Origin: a virus
Reading direction: 5' to 3' (one strand)
Virus record (IMG/VR): IMGVR_UViG_3300025085_002722
Location: 32,001-96,000 of that record
DNA length: 64,000 bases
Part shown: in pieces, positions 32,554-42,660 of the stretch
Numbering within the stretch: position 1 is the stretch's first letter
Layout: every line of letters starts with the position of its first letter
The notes under the pieces: model-generated
Database searches by the model: none
Seen by the model: the letters and a program-made list of their open reading frames with translations, nothing else
Told to the model about the DNA's origin: nothing
Translations under genes and position numbers: made by a program

Positions 32554-32700
32554 ATGAAAAAGAAAAAGTCAATTCCAAAAACTAGAACGCATCGTGAACT
32601 TTTTACACACGACACTCCCTACGGTCATAAAGTTCAGCAAGACAAAACAAAAACCATACCCAGAAAGCAAAAGTATAACGACGATTTATCTAACAAATAA
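32554..32700 (+). CDS. Small basic protein, ArfA-like candidate
   Basis: ATAAATA-N5-ATG; LFTHDTPYGHKVQQDKTK..RKQKY loosely resembles the ArfA core. Confidence 0.45.
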   Translation: MKKKKSIPKTRTHRELFTHDTPYGHKVQQDKTKTIPRKQKYNDDLSNK

Positions 32701-32740
32701 GGTAAATACATGTAACAATTAAAACATAGTAAAAGATTAT

Positions 32741-32902
32741 ATGTCAAACAAAACACCATATGAAATCCGTCTAGAACTCATCCAAGAGGCTAGACTTATT
32801 CTTCAAGCAAAAGCAAATAAACCTGAGTACATGCCAACGGCAGAAGAGGTAATTGAAGAAGCAGAAAAACTTAATAAGTTTGTATCCAAAAGACCTGAAT
32901 AA
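32741..32902 (+). CDS. Small phage protein (MSNKTPYEIRLELIQEA...)
   Basis: Translated by hand; GTAAATA promoter variant upstream. Confidence 0.7.
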   Translation: MSNKTPYEIRLELIQEARLILQAKANKPEYMPTAEEVIEEAEKLNKFVSKRPE

Positions 32903-32935
32903 GTCTTCCTTCCCTAAGTAAATACTATTAAGATA

Positions 32936-33010
32936 GCCACCGTAACTCAGTGGTAGAGTAACTGATTTGTAATCAGTAGGTCGTCAGTTCGAGTCTGACC
33001 GGTGGCTCCA
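32936..33010 (+). tRNA. tRNA-Thr (anticodon UGU)
   Basis: GCCACCG/CGGTGGC acceptor stem, D loop TGG, ACTGA-TTTGTAA-TCAGT anticodon arm, GTTCGAG T loop, encoded CCA. Confidence 0.96.
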
Positions 33011-33051
33011 TTTTAATAAATAAATGCGACACACATATAATAGGAATACAA

Positions 33052-34137
33052 ATGGCACGAAATAAAAAGTCCAGAAATAAAAAACACAATCCAGCAAAAG
33101 CACAGAATACTATTAAAGGTAATTCAGAAGTGGACTCAATGGTATCAGAAAATCTTTCACCCCAACAAATAGCAGAGCAGGAAACACTATTCAATCTGCT
33201 AGAAAGAAAAATAGAAATCCCTGTACAAAGTTTTGAAGATAAGCATTTATTCATTGCAACGCCGTGCTACGGTGGGCAAGTAACAGAACCATATTTAAGA
33301 AGTATGGTTAGGCTTATATTGTTAATGAATCGATTTAATGTTAAATTTACAATGAGCACATTGGCAAATGAAAGTTTAATTACACGTGGTAGAAATACAC
33401 TTGTAAGTTTCTTTATGGAAAACAAAGATGCCACACACTTGATGTTTATCGATGCTGACATAGAATTTAATCCAGAGGATGTACTAAGAATGTTAGCATA
33501 TGACAAACCAATTATTGTAGGTGCATATCCTAAAAAAGCACTAAATTGGGATAGTATATTACAAGCCGCAAGAACACCTGGCTTAAATGAAACCCCGGAA
33601 ACAATCGAAGGACATAGTTCGAATTATGTTACTAATTTTGCATTCCAAGAAGATGAAAATGGCAATAGAATGCCATCAGTACAAATAAAAGACAATTTAA
33701 TTAAATTGTTAGACGGCGGCACTGGATTTATGACAATTAAAAAAGATGTCATACAACAGATGTTTGATCATTACCCTGAAACAAAATATAATAATGATCT
33801 AAATATTGACCAAAAGTTTGAACCGTTTATGTATGCATTATTTGATTGTATCATTGATCCAGACACAAGGCGTTACTTGTCAGAAGATTATACATTCTGC
33901 AGACGTTGGCAACAAATGGATGGCGAAATTTGGCTAGATCCTAGAGTTAGTCTTAACCATGTTGGGCATTATACATTTAATGGTAATGTAAGAAAAATGC
34001 TTACAGGCGAAGCAAGAGTGCAAACAGAATATGTATCACCGGATCAACGACCATTTGTTATTGGTGCATCAGATAAACCACAAGAACAACCACAAGAACA
34101 ACCACAGAAATCTATACAAATAAGTAAAAAGAAATGA
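33052..34137 (+). CDS. GT-A fold glycosyltransferase-like protein
   Basis: IATPCYGG, ESLITRGRN, FIDADI (DxD) and YLSEDY.FC motifs. Confidence 0.8.
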   Translation: MARNKKSRNKKHNPAKAQNTIKGNSEVDSMVSENLSPQQIAEQETLFNLLERKIEIPVQSFEDKHLFIATPCYGGQVTEPYLRSMVRLILLMNRFNVKFTMSTLANESLITRGRNTLVSFFMENKDATHLMFIDADIEFNPEDVLRMLAYDKPIIVGAYPKKALNWDSILQAARTPGLNETPETIEGHSSNYVTNFAFQEDENGNRMPSVQIKDNLIKLLDGGTGFMTIKKDVIQQMFDHYPETKYNNDLNIDQKFEPFMYALFDCIIDPDTRRYLSEDYTFCRRWQQMDGEIWLDPRVSLNHVGHYTFNGNVRKMLTGEARVQTEYVSPDQRPFVIGASDKPQEQPQEQPQKSIQISKKK

Positions 34138-34952
34138 AAAAAATAAGTATATTATTAGCAACAAGACAAAGAACAAAACTTTTAGATAAAAGCATTGATA
34201 GTTTATTATCAAACGTAAACAACACAGATAATGTCGAAATTATGTTAGGCATTGATAATGATGATCAAGAAACATTAGATTTTGTACAGTCAGAAGACTT
34301 TCAAAACAAAATGCAAGAAGAGTATAATGTAGACGTTCAAGCAGTTTTATTTGATAGATTAGGCTATAAAAATTTACATCAATACATGAATCAACTTTGG
34401 GCACAGGCAAATGGTGAATGGCTTATGTTATGGAACGACGATGCTATTATGGAAACTAAAGATTGGGATTTAGAAATTGGAAAATTTGATAATGAATTTG
34501 CATTATTAAAATTTAATCAAACAAATCACAAACATCCATACGCATTATTTCCAGTAATACCCACAGACTGGTGCAGGCTTATTGGTACGTTTAGTATGAA
34601 TGCACAAAATGATGCATGGCTAAACTTAATTGCAAAACCGTTAAATATTATTAAAGATATACCTGTAGATGTATTTCATGACCGATTCGATCTTACTGGA
34701 AACAACGATGACGATATTTTTAGAAGCAGAGAATATGCAGAAGGCAATCCAGAAGATCCAAATGATTTAATGAGTGAAAATAATATCAGAATGCGAGATG
34801 CAGTTATACACAAAATTGCATGGTTCTGTAACAGAATTGGTCAAACAGATACAAGCGATTATTTTGATAAAGTAAAAGCAGGCGAAATAGACCCATTTGA
34901 TGATTGGAAAAAAATAAGAGAAGAATCCGTGGGATTAGGCTCAGGTTTATAA
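34134..34952 (+). CDS. Glycosyltransferase family 2-like protein
   Basis: KISILLATRQR, IDNDD, LWNDDA motifs. Confidence 0.8.
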   Translation: MKKISILLATRQRTKLLDKSIDSLLSNVNNTDNVEIMLGIDNDDQETLDFVQSEDFQNKMQEEYNVDVQAVLFDRLGYKNLHQYMNQLWAQANGEWLMLWNDDAIMETKDWDLEIGKFDNEFALLKFNQTNHKHPYALFPVIPTDWCRLIGTFSMNAQNDAWLNLIAKPLNIIKDIPVDVFHDRFDLTGNNDDDIFRSREYAEGNPEDPNDLMSENNIRMRDAVIHKIAWFCNRIGQTDTSDYFDKVKAGEIDPFDDWKKIREESVGLGSGL

Positions 34953-34960
34953 ATAGTAGC

Positions 34961-35164
34961 ATGGCAAAGAAAGATAAAAGACGAACTATTGTATACTTAA
35001 TTCCAGAGGGCGAGACTAGGGATCATCATACTTATCATTATACCGCAGTGAAAACTAAAGCACTTGTGATAGAAAACAGGAAATTAAAACTTAAAAAATA
35101 TAATCCTGTAAAGAGAATTCATGAGTATTTTGTTGAAGCAAAACTTCCCCCTCATAGTAAATAA
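34961..35164 (+). CDS. rpmG: Ribosomal protein bL33-like
   Basis: MAKK..R..VYL.....YHYTAVK....KLKLKKYNPVKRIHEYFVEAK matches the bL33 pattern (no CxxC). Confidence 0.8.
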   Translation: MAKKDKRRTIVYLIPEGETRDHHTYHYTAVKTKALVIENRKLKLKKYNPVKRIHEYFVEAKLPPHSK

Positions 35165-35168
35165 ATAG

Positions 35169-35197
35169 TTGACAACTACTATAAATAGTTGTATAAT
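35169..35197 (+). promoter_or_regulatory. Consensus sigma70 promoter with an embedded late box
   Basis: TTGACA-17 nt-TATAAT; TATAAATA lies within the spacer. Confidence 0.85.
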
Positions 35198-35206
35198 AAG
35201 GTTATT

Positions 35207-35644
35207 ATGGAAGAAACAAGACATAAAATATTTGTTTACGGCACACTTAAATCTGACGGTATAAGAGGCCTTGATAAGCCTATATACGATTTCTATGATT
35301 CAACCAAAGAAATTGAAAAAGAATTTATAGGTAAAGCAGTCACAACAGGCTCTAAATTTTCAATGGTAGATCTAGGTTCATTTCCTGGCGTTATTGTCAA
35401 TGGTTACAATGACATATATGGCGAAGTATATGAAGGTGGTAACGACTTGTTAGAATACTGCGACATGATAGAGGGGCACCAAGGCGATAGAGCAAAAAAC
35501 TTTTATCACAGAGATGAAGTTAATACATCTGAAGGCAAAGCATTCATTTATCATTTAGATCCATACTATGGAGATGAATATCCTAACTATAAAGAAAGTA
35601 ACCGAATTACATTCAAAAATAATATATTAACATGGCTAAATTAG
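35207..35644 (+). CDS. Gamma-glutamylcyclotransferase (GGCT/AIG2-like)
   Basis: IFVYGTLK, FPG, IYGEVYE, DMIEG, FYHR motifs. Confidence 0.88.
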   Translation: MEETRHKIFVYGTLKSDGIRGLDKPIYDFYDSTKEIEKEFIGKAVTTGSKFSMVDLGSFPGVIVNGYNDIYGEVYEGGNDLLEYCDMIEGHQGDRAKNFYHRDEVNTSEGKAFIYHLDPYYGDEYPNYKESNRITFKNNILTWLN

Positions 35645-36186
35645 AGTTTGCAAATAAATGGAACACTACACTAGTAGATCCAAAACACCCAGCATTAAGA
35701 AATGAATGCACAATTGACCCATTAAGTACAGACATAGTATGGCAAACAGTTGAGCAAGAAATGTTTACACTGATGCAGGAAAGATTTGGTATAGGCTTAG
35801 CCGCACCGCAACTGGGCAATCCAGTAAAAATGTTTGTAATGAGACACAGCACAGAAGGAAATATTGCAGTATACAATCCTAAAATATTAAATGTGTCAGA
35901 AGAACTAATTACATTAGAAGAAGGTTGTCTAACATTTCCAGGATTGTTTTTCCACATAACTAGACCAGAAGGCGTACAAGTAACTTTTCAAAATAGAAAA
36001 GGCGAAGAGCAAAGTATGGAACTTACTGGCATGGATTCTCGTTGCTTTCAGCACGAAACAGATCATTTGCATGGCATACTAAATCTCACTTATGTAAGCG
36101 ATTTTAAATTACAAAGAGCACTAAAGAAAAGAGATAAACTGATTAAAAAGTATTCTAAGATGAAAAGATCAGTAAGTCGTGTATGA
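35632..36186 (+). CDS. def: Peptide deformylase
   Basis: GIGLAAPQ, EGCLT and QHETDHL motifs. Confidence 0.96.
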   Translation: MAKLEFANKWNTTLVDPKHPALRNECTIDPLSTDIVWQTVEQEMFTLMQERFGIGLAAPQLGNPVKMFVMRHSTEGNIAVYNPKILNVSEELITLEEGCLTFPGLFFHITRPEGVQVTFQNRKGEEQSMELTGMDSRCFQHETDHLHGILNLTYVSDFKLQRALKKRDKLIKKYSKMKRSVSRV

Positions 36187-36764
36187 TTCCTAAATACATT
36201 TATGACATTCCTAGTTTTATGTCTAAATCAGATTTAGAATCTATTTATGAATTAGCATATACGTTACCAAGCAATAGCAATATATTAGAGATTGGTTGTT
36301 TTTTAGGCAGTACTACTTGCACATTAAAAGAAGCAAGACAAGACTCCAATTTATATTGTGTTGACAAATGGACTAACGAAAAACACAATGATTACTTAAT
36401 AGGATATGACAGGAAGACTGTATATGAAAATATAGAGTCTGATAAAAATTTATGGAGACAAAACACAAACCACTTAGATAATGTTTTTATGTATCATGAG
36501 AAGTCCCTAGATGTTGAATTTGACAACGATTTAAAATTTGATTTAATATTCTTAGATGGTGATCATACATATGGTAATGTAATAGGAGAATTAATTAAAT
36601 TTTCAAAGTTATTAAAACCAAACGGTATCTTAGCAGGACATGATTACGGATGTGCACCTTGCACAAAAGCAATTACAAAGTTTGCTACAGACAATAATTT
36701 AGCAGTATGGACATTATTAGATAGTGTCTGGTACTATAAACCTTATAGGACTAGACAGAAATGA
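36183..36764 (+). CDS. Class I SAM-dependent methyltransferase
   Basis: LEIGCFLGS, FLDGDH and GHDY motifs. Confidence 0.88.
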   Translation: MIPKYIYDIPSFMSKSDLESIYELAYTLPSNSNILEIGCFLGSTTCTLKEARQDSNLYCVDKWTNEKHNDYLIGYDRKTVYENIESDKNLWRQNTNHLDNVFMYHEKSLDVEFDNDLKFDLIFLDGDHTYGNVIGELIKFSKLLKPNGILAGHDYGCAPCTKAITKFATDNNLAVWTLLDSVWYYKPYRTRQK

Positions 36765-37606
36765 ATTATCCTTTTTGGGTCTTTGATTGGAATCGTGTAA
36801 AAGACTATCAAGACAAATATCCACTTTCAAAAGAAATTTTTAAACACCCATTAAGTCTATGGTACGGTAATCGTAGTGCCAAACCTATAAAAGGTTTAGA
36901 TAAAAGTTTACGCAGATTATTCAAACGTAGTGGCGACAAAATGCCTGTGCTAGTAGTGTATAATATGCCTAATAGAGATATAGGCCAATACAGCAAAGGT
37001 GGTGCCAAAACACATGACGAGTACTTAGAATTTATACAAGATTTTGCTAATGGTGTAGGCAAAAACAAGCCAATTGTAATTTTTGAACCTGATGCTATAC
37101 CTCATTTAACTCATTTAGAAAAAGGAGAAGCAAACAGTAGGATAAAATTAATTAAGCAGGCATTAGAAATTTTAACACAAACTAATGCCATTGTGTATAT
37201 AGATGTAGGGCATAGTAATTGGTTAAGTCCAGAAGAAGTAAATCAATTTTTAAATAAAGTTACCAATACTAAAGTAAGAGGGTTTAGTGTTAATGTAAGT
37301 AACTATAGAACAACAATAGAGTCGGCAAAGTGGGCAAACAAAATATGCGAACTTAGACCACAAGATTATTATGTTATAGATACTAGTCGTAACGGCAATG
37401 GTCCACATGGCAACGATTGGTGTAATCCACCAGGTAGAGCATTAGGTGAGCCGCCTACATGCAATACAGGATTAGAAAAATGCGATGCATTTTTATGGAT
37501 TAAGATACCAGGAGAAAGCGATGGTAAAGCAAACGGTGGCCCAAGAGCAGGAAGAATGTGGGGCGAAATGGCCGAAGAACTAGTAAGGAATACAAAATGG
37601 ATTTAA
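36761..37606 (+). CDS. Glycoside hydrolase family 6 (endoglucanase/cellulase)
   Basis: YNMPNRD, EPDA, YIDVGHSNW, NVSNY, IDTSRNG, WCNPPG and WIKIPGESDG motifs. Confidence 0.93.
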   Translation: MNYPFWVFDWNRVKDYQDKYPLSKEIFKHPLSLWYGNRSAKPIKGLDKSLRRLFKRSGDKMPVLVVYNMPNRDIGQYSKGGAKTHDEYLEFIQDFANGVGKNKPIVIFEPDAIPHLTHLEKGEANSRIKLIKQALEILTQTNAIVYIDVGHSNWLSPEEVNQFLNKVTNTKVRGFSVNVSNYRTTIESAKWANKICELRPQDYYVIDTSRNGNGPHGNDWCNPPGRALGEPPTCNTGLEKCDAFLWIKIPGESDGKANGGPRAGRMWGEMAEELVRNTKWI

Positions 37607-38175
37607 ACTTTTTTATAATAGATAACTTTTATAATAATCCAGACGAAGTTAGAGAATTTGCTCTGAGTAAAGAATTTATAACAGAAGGCAATTATCCTGG
37701 ATTTAGAACAGGTCCAGAAGAACTACAACAACATAATTATTTAAAAACATTTTTTGAAGATAGTGTAATTAAAAAACCTATATCATACTGGCCAGAAGAA
37801 TACAACACCGCTTATCAAATTACTACAGAAGAATCTAAAACATGGATACACCATGACGAAACTACATGGGCGGCAGTATTATACTTAACACCAGATGCAC
37901 CTGCAGAATCAGGTACAGGAATATACAGACATAAACCAACAGGTATTTATGAATGGGACGGTGTTAAAGATTCTGCATCTGATTTTAATAATTCTGATTT
38001 TCTAGGTGAGGAACATATAGACCAATGGGAGCAGATTGCATTTGTTGGTAATGTGTATAATAGATTAGTATGCTACAAAGGGTCACTTTACCATAGAAGT
38101 GTATTACCAGGATTTGGAACAGATAAATATTCAGGTAGATTGTTTCAAACATTCTTCTTTGATACACAGGAATAG
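37597..38175 (+). CDS. 2OG-Fe(II) oxygenase-like (DUF6445-like)
   Basis: IIDNFY.NPD, WIHHD, AAVLYL, NRLV, YHRS motifs. Confidence 0.75.
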   Translation: MDLNFFIIDNFYNNPDEVREFALSKEFITEGNYPGFRTGPEELQQHNYLKTFFEDSVIKKPISYWPEEYNTAYQITTEESKTWIHHDETTWAAVLYLTPDAPAESGTGIYRHKPTGIYEWDGVKDSASDFNNSDFLGEEHIDQWEQIAFVGNVYNRLVCYKGSLYHRSVLPGFGTDKYSGRLFQTFFFDTQE

Positions 38176-38176
38176 T

Positions 38177-38854
38177 ATGGATAGTTATTGGGAATGGAAT
38201 AAAGAAAATTTTGAATGGCATTACGACCCAGCATCTAAGCATTCTGATGTACAATATGTAGGAAAATACATATCTAATCCTAAATCATTGCTTACAGACG
38301 TTGTAAGTGCGTCTAGTGACGCCTTAAGTGACGATGATGCATACAATGAAGTAAGTATCAAAGGCTCACCCTACAACAAAGAAGCCGCAGAAATAATGGA
38401 AGGGTATCATAACGATTTAACTCGTGCAGGATTTACTCCACATAATACAGGCGGCAGACAAACATGGAATGTATGCGATACGTTTCGTAAAATGGGCAAA
38501 TTAAGTGGATTAAAAAATCCGCAAATAATGTTTTTAGAACAACCACCAGGAAAAGCAATTCCATGGCATAGAGACAGTTATAATAATTACAGACGTAACT
38601 TTGCTAAAGTTAGCGACGACACTGAAGTAATACGTTACCTAGTTCAACTCAATGACTGGAAATGGGGACACTATGTATCAGTGGGCAATGATGTACTACA
38701 CCAATACCAGATAGGCGACATACATTGCTGGAAAGAAGGCATCTATCATGCTACCGGTAATGTAGGCTATTGGCCTAGATGGAGTTTGACTATTACTGGA
38801 CAAGTAACACCCGATTCATTGCATTTGCACGAACCAAAAGAAATACTAATATGA
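38177..38854 (+). CDS. 2OG-Fe(II)/cupin oxygenase-like protein
   Basis: PWHRD...YHATGN...R motifs. Confidence 0.7.
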   Translation: MDSYWEWNKENFEWHYDPASKHSDVQYVGKYISNPKSLLTDVVSASSDALSDDDAYNEVSIKGSPYNKEAAEIMEGYHNDLTRAGFTPHNTGGRQTWNVCDTFRKMGKLSGLKNPQIMFLEQPPGKAIPWHRDSYNNYRRNFAKVSDDTEVIRYLVQLNDWKWGHYVSVGNDVLHQYQIGDIHCWKEGIYHATGNVGYWPRWSLTITGQVTPDSLHLHEPKEILI

Positions 38855-39180
38855 CATTTGTAGTTGGAAGTCCTTGTGTAGGGTGTAAAGATACTGCCTG
38901 TGTAAAAGTATGCCCGGTAGATTGCTTTTATGAAGGTCCTGACATGCTTTACATTGATCCTGATGAATGCATTGACTGTGCATTATGTGAGCCAGAGTGT
39001 CCAGTAGAGGCAATTTGGAGCGATGACGAATTACCACAAGAAGAAATACCATTTATTGAAATCAACGAAAAAGGTGCAGAAAAATACAGAGATGCAAATA
39101 TCGTAGATCAACAAGACCCAATGGCACATAAATCACCATATACTACTGCTGAAGCAATCAAGGTAGTCCAGATAGATTAG
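38851..39180 (+). CDS. fdxA: Ferredoxin (FdxA 7Fe/8Fe type)
   Basis: MTFVV...C..CK...CV.VCPVDCF...[12 protein letters not shown]. Confidence 0.93.
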   Translation: MTFVVGSPCVGCKDTACVKVCPVDCFYEGPDMLYIDPDECIDCALCEPECPVEAIWSDDELPQEEIPFIEINEKGAEKYRDANIVDQQDPMAHKSPYTTAEAIKVVQID

Positions 39181-39201
39181 AAAAAAGAGATAAATACTAC
39201 T

Positions 39202-41319
39202 ATGGACCGTTCAAATATCATAGTAGTATACCCAGGTAGATTCCAACCTTTTCACAAAGGACACAAATCAGTGTTCGATCATCTTAAAAAAGATTGGCCC
39301 AATGTGTATATTGCTACTACAGATAAAGTTCAACCAGGCAAATCACCATTTAATTTCCAAGATAAATTAAATTTTATGCAACTGTTAGGCATTGATAAAA
39401 GCGATGTATTACAAGTAAGAAATACCTATAATGGGCAAGAGTATATAGACCAATTTGGAAAGAAATATACGGCTAGCGACACAGGGTTAATTATGGTCGT
39501 AAGCGAAAAAGATATGGTTGATGACCCAAGATTTAACTTCCCCAATACGGGAATGTCTATTAAAAAGGACGGTAATCCTGCATATTTACAAAAATTTACA
39601 CACGAAGATGATATGAAAAGTATGGCTGAGCATGGTTATATAATGACTGCTCCTATCTTTCCATTTAAAATAGCAGGACACGATTTAGATAGTGCTAGTC
39701 AAATTAGAGAACTAATGAAAGGAGACGAGGAACTAGCAAAACAGGTTTTTGTGGACTTATATGATAAATACAACGAAGACCTATTTAAACTTATACGAGA
39801 GAAACTTATGATAACTGAACAGGAAATATTAGACTTAAATTACATGCGTAAAATGGCAGGTTTACAAGAAGTAGACGTAGAAGATGATGACTATGCTGTA
39901 AATCCAGGCTACAAAGAATTAGCAATGTTTGACCAATTAGGTAAAATTATTGACAGTGACGAAATGTCCAAAGATGGCGATGACATTAAAAATCCTAAAG
40001 CAACTGTAAAAACAGATGACGGTTCAGAAATGGAAGTAAGTGTAGGTGAAGCAAAAGCACTAAGAAAAATGGTAAACATGTTAGGCTCAAATAGAGGAGC
40101 AGAAGATAAATCACCTAGAGAAAAGTTTTTAGATGCAATTCAAAAAGAAGAAGGTCTTAGAAATATGATCGAATTTGCTAATTCAAAAGGTTTAGTAGAA
40201 GAAGGTGATGTAGAAGAAGGTAACGCATTTGGTAAAGCGGCTAGAAACACTAAGAAAGGTGATAAATTTTCAGTAGGTGGCAAAACATTTACAAAAGAAG
40301 AATTACAAGATTTAGACTTAAATGATATTAGATACGAATATGGTGTAAAACCAGTATCAGAAGGCGGTAATGCATTTGATATAGCAATGACAGATGCAGA
40401 AGATGTTATTATGACATGCCAGGATCAAGAACAATGTTTAAAAGATTTAGAAGCATTAATTAAAGATGGTGCAGAAGATTGGGACGACAAATATGCAAAC
40501 GAAGTTGTGCAAGACTACATCACATTAGTAGTTGACAAAGGCATAGAAGGTGCCAAAGAATATGTAGAACAACAAAATAGAGAACCAGAAGGTGCACCAT
40601 TAGAAAGCAAAGGTGCAAAACCAGACTACATTGACATAGACGGCGATGGCGACAAAGAAGAGCCAATGAAAAAAGCAGTCCAAGACAAAAAGAAGAAAGA
40701 AGAAAGTTTCGATGTTAGTGCAGAACAAAGTCGTGAGGAAGAAGCATACGAAGAACTAATGACTGCATTACAAACTGGCGGTGAAGAAGCATACGCAAAA
40801 GCATGTGGTTTATCAATGAAAGAACTAGATGATGAAATGAGTGAGATTGGCAGAGACCTAAACTTACACATGGATGACGACAGAGATGAAATTATTCAAA
40901 GACATGCTGAAGATACTGTAGACAATGCAGATTGGAAAGACTATGGTGGAATGGATCATGACATGGAAGAAGATTTAGAAAGAATGCGTGAATTAGCAGG
41001 CATTGAAGAAATTGCTGAAGAGTGGAACTGGGATAAAGGTAGTTATGATGAAAAAGCAGGCTATGATGCTAACTTTAGTCTGTGGTCACAAGAAGTACAA
41101 AAAGAAAGAAGTCAATATGGCGACAAACCATTTAGCAGTCATGAGGAAATGCATCAAGAGTTTAAGAAAATAATGAAAGATAGAGGTATCAATGTATTTG
41201 CTCAACAACGGTTAAGTCAAAAAATGAAGGCTCAAAAAAGTCAAGCAGAAATAGACAAGTACAGAGGCATTAAGGTGAAGGACTTTGAGAGAAGAAGATC
41301 TGAAATGCAAACGGATTAA
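39202..41319 (+). CDS. HxGH nucleotidyltransferase (cytidylyltransferase-like) fused to a long acidic modular tail
   Basis: PGRFQPFHKGH and SASQIR motifs at the N-terminus. Confidence 0.8.
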   Translation: MDRSNIIVVYPGRFQPFHKGHKSVFDHLKKDWPNVYIATTDKVQPGKSPFNFQDKLNFMQLLGIDKSDVLQVRNTYNGQEYIDQFGKKYTASDTGLIMVVSEKDMVDDPRFNFPNTGMSIKKDGNPAYLQKFTHEDDMKSMAEHGYIMTAPIFPFKIAGHDLDSASQIRELMKGDEELAKQVFVDLYDKYNEDLFKLIREKLMITEQEILDLNYMRKMAGLQEVDVEDDDYAVNPGYKELAMFDQLGKIIDSDEMSKDGDDIKNPKATVKTDDGSEMEVSVGEAKALRKMVNMLGSNRGAEDKSPREKFLDAIQKEEGLRNMIEFANSKGLVEEGDVEEGNAFGKAARNTKKGDKFSVGGKTFTKEELQDLDLNDIRYEYGVKPVSEGGNAFDIAMTDAEDVIMTCQDQEQCLKDLEALIKDGAEDWDDKYANEVVQDYITLVVDKGIEGAKEYVEQQNREPEGAPLESKGAKPDYIDIDGDGDKEEPMKKAVQDKKKKEESFDVSAEQSREEEAYEELMTALQTGGEEAYAKACGLSMKELDDEMSEIGRDLNLHMDDDRDEIIQRHAEDTVDNADWKDYGGMDHDMEEDLERMRELAGIEEIAEEWNWDKGSYDEKAGYDANFSLWSQEVQKERSQYGDKPFSSHEEMHQEFKKIMKDRGINVFAQQRLSQKMKAQKSQAEIDKYRGIKVKDFERRRSEMQTD

Positions 41320-41324
41320 TAACT

Positions 41325-41735
41325 ATGAGTAAAGTAAGCAAAGAAGATTTAAAAAAACTACAAGAACTAGCAGGTATCTATTCAGATGTATTGAACGAAA
41401 AAGATGCTGGTAGTAGTGATAATGTTAAAGTAGCAATAGGTCATGTTGACAACGAAAGAGACATGATTAGAAGACAACTTTATCAAATGGGAAAATATAG
41501 TGTAGAGATCGCAAAGACTCTAAAAGAATTGCCAGATTCAGATTTCCCAAATTGGTGGCAAGCAAAAATTACTAAAGCAGGTGCATATCTAAGTGATTGT
41601 GCTCACTATTTAGAAAACACAATGCAAGTACCACCGGGTAACGATATGACCAAAGACGGCACACAAGGTGAAGTTGAAGTATCAGATCCAGACTATTACG
41701 ACGATAGAGATCAAGACCCAAGCGGCGTAAGTTAA
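41325..41735 (+). CDS. Hypothetical protein
   Basis: LKKLQELAGI motif; FPNWWQAKITKA. Confidence 0.75.
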   Translation: MSKVSKEDLKKLQELAGIYSDVLNEKDAGSSDNVKVAIGHVDNERDMIRRQLYQMGKYSVEIAKTLKELPDSDFPNWWQAKITKAGAYLSDCAHYLENTMQVPPGNDMTKDGTQGEVEVSDPDYYDDRDQDPSGVS

Positions 41736-41776
41736 ATCCCCCATAAATATCCATAGTATCAAGGATAAATATTACT

Positions 41777-42430
41777 ATGGCGGCTACAAAGCAAGAGCAA
41801 TACATTGATAAGATTTTTAGAGACGGTGCAATAGAATTTGTAGGGTCAGAAAGTCGACTAGATTTTGACTTAATGGGCATAGATCATTTTAATTACCTAC
41901 AGCATCATGGACTTAGATCTCATCATATATTTTTTGATGTTGGTTGTGGAGCATTAAGAACAGGCCAATATGTTATACCCTATCTAGAGTCAGGTAATTA
42001 TTTTGGGTTAGACAGAATGCCCCAACTTATAGAGTATGGATTAAATGACGTACTAACACCAGAAATTGTTTTTGAAAAACATCCTAAATTTTCAGTAAAC
42101 AATAATTTTAATTGCACGTTTGTAGATAAGCCAGTTGATTTTGCATGGTGTCAAAGTTTAATGTCACATCTTAGTATAGCAGATATAACAGAATGCTTAA
42201 AAAACGTTAAAGAAACATTAGCACCTAATGGCAGAATTTACTTTACTTACTTCCAATTAGAAGGGTTAGATGAGGAAGAAGCAATCTCTCAAGACACTCA
42301 CTCAAAAGAAGATTTATTCTACAGCGAACAACACATGGATAAAATTGTTGCAAGTTGTGGTCTAACCAAATTATATAACGGTCCAGTAGGTCATCCAAGA
42401 GGCCAATGGATGTACATTTGTAAGGTATAA
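41777..42430 (+). CDS. Class I SAM-dependent methyltransferase
   Basis: FDVGCGALR and QSLMSHL motifs. Confidence 0.88.
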   Translation: MAATKQEQYIDKIFRDGAIEFVGSESRLDFDLMGIDHFNYLQHHGLRSHHIFFDVGCGALRTGQYVIPYLESGNYFGLDRMPQLIEYGLNDVLTPEIVFEKHPKFSVNNNFNCTFVDKPVDFAWCQSLMSHLSIADITECLKNVKETLAPNGRIYFTYFQLEGLDEEEAISQDTHSKEDLFYSEQHMDKIVASCGLTKLYNGPVGHPRGQWMYICKV

Positions 42431-42438
42431 ATAAAAGC

Positions 42439-42660
42439 ATGAAAGTTGAAATATATAGCAAACCACAATGTCCATACTGTGATATGGCAAAAGCATTAGC
42501 AGAACAAAAAGGTCACGACTTAACAGTTAAAATGTTAGACGTTGACTTTGACAGGGAAGCATTAATGGAAGCATTTCCAGGAGCAAGAACATTCCCACAA
42601 ATCATTGTAGACGGTGATAAAATTGGTGGGTATCAAGAATACAAAAAATTAGTAGGCTAA
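42439..42660 (+). CDS. Glutaredoxin
   Basis: CPYC, TFPQI and IGG motifs. Confidence 0.95.
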   Translation: MKVEIYSKPQCPYCDMAKALAEQKGHDLTVKMLDVDFDREALMEAFPGARTFPQIIVDGDKIGGYQEYKKLVG

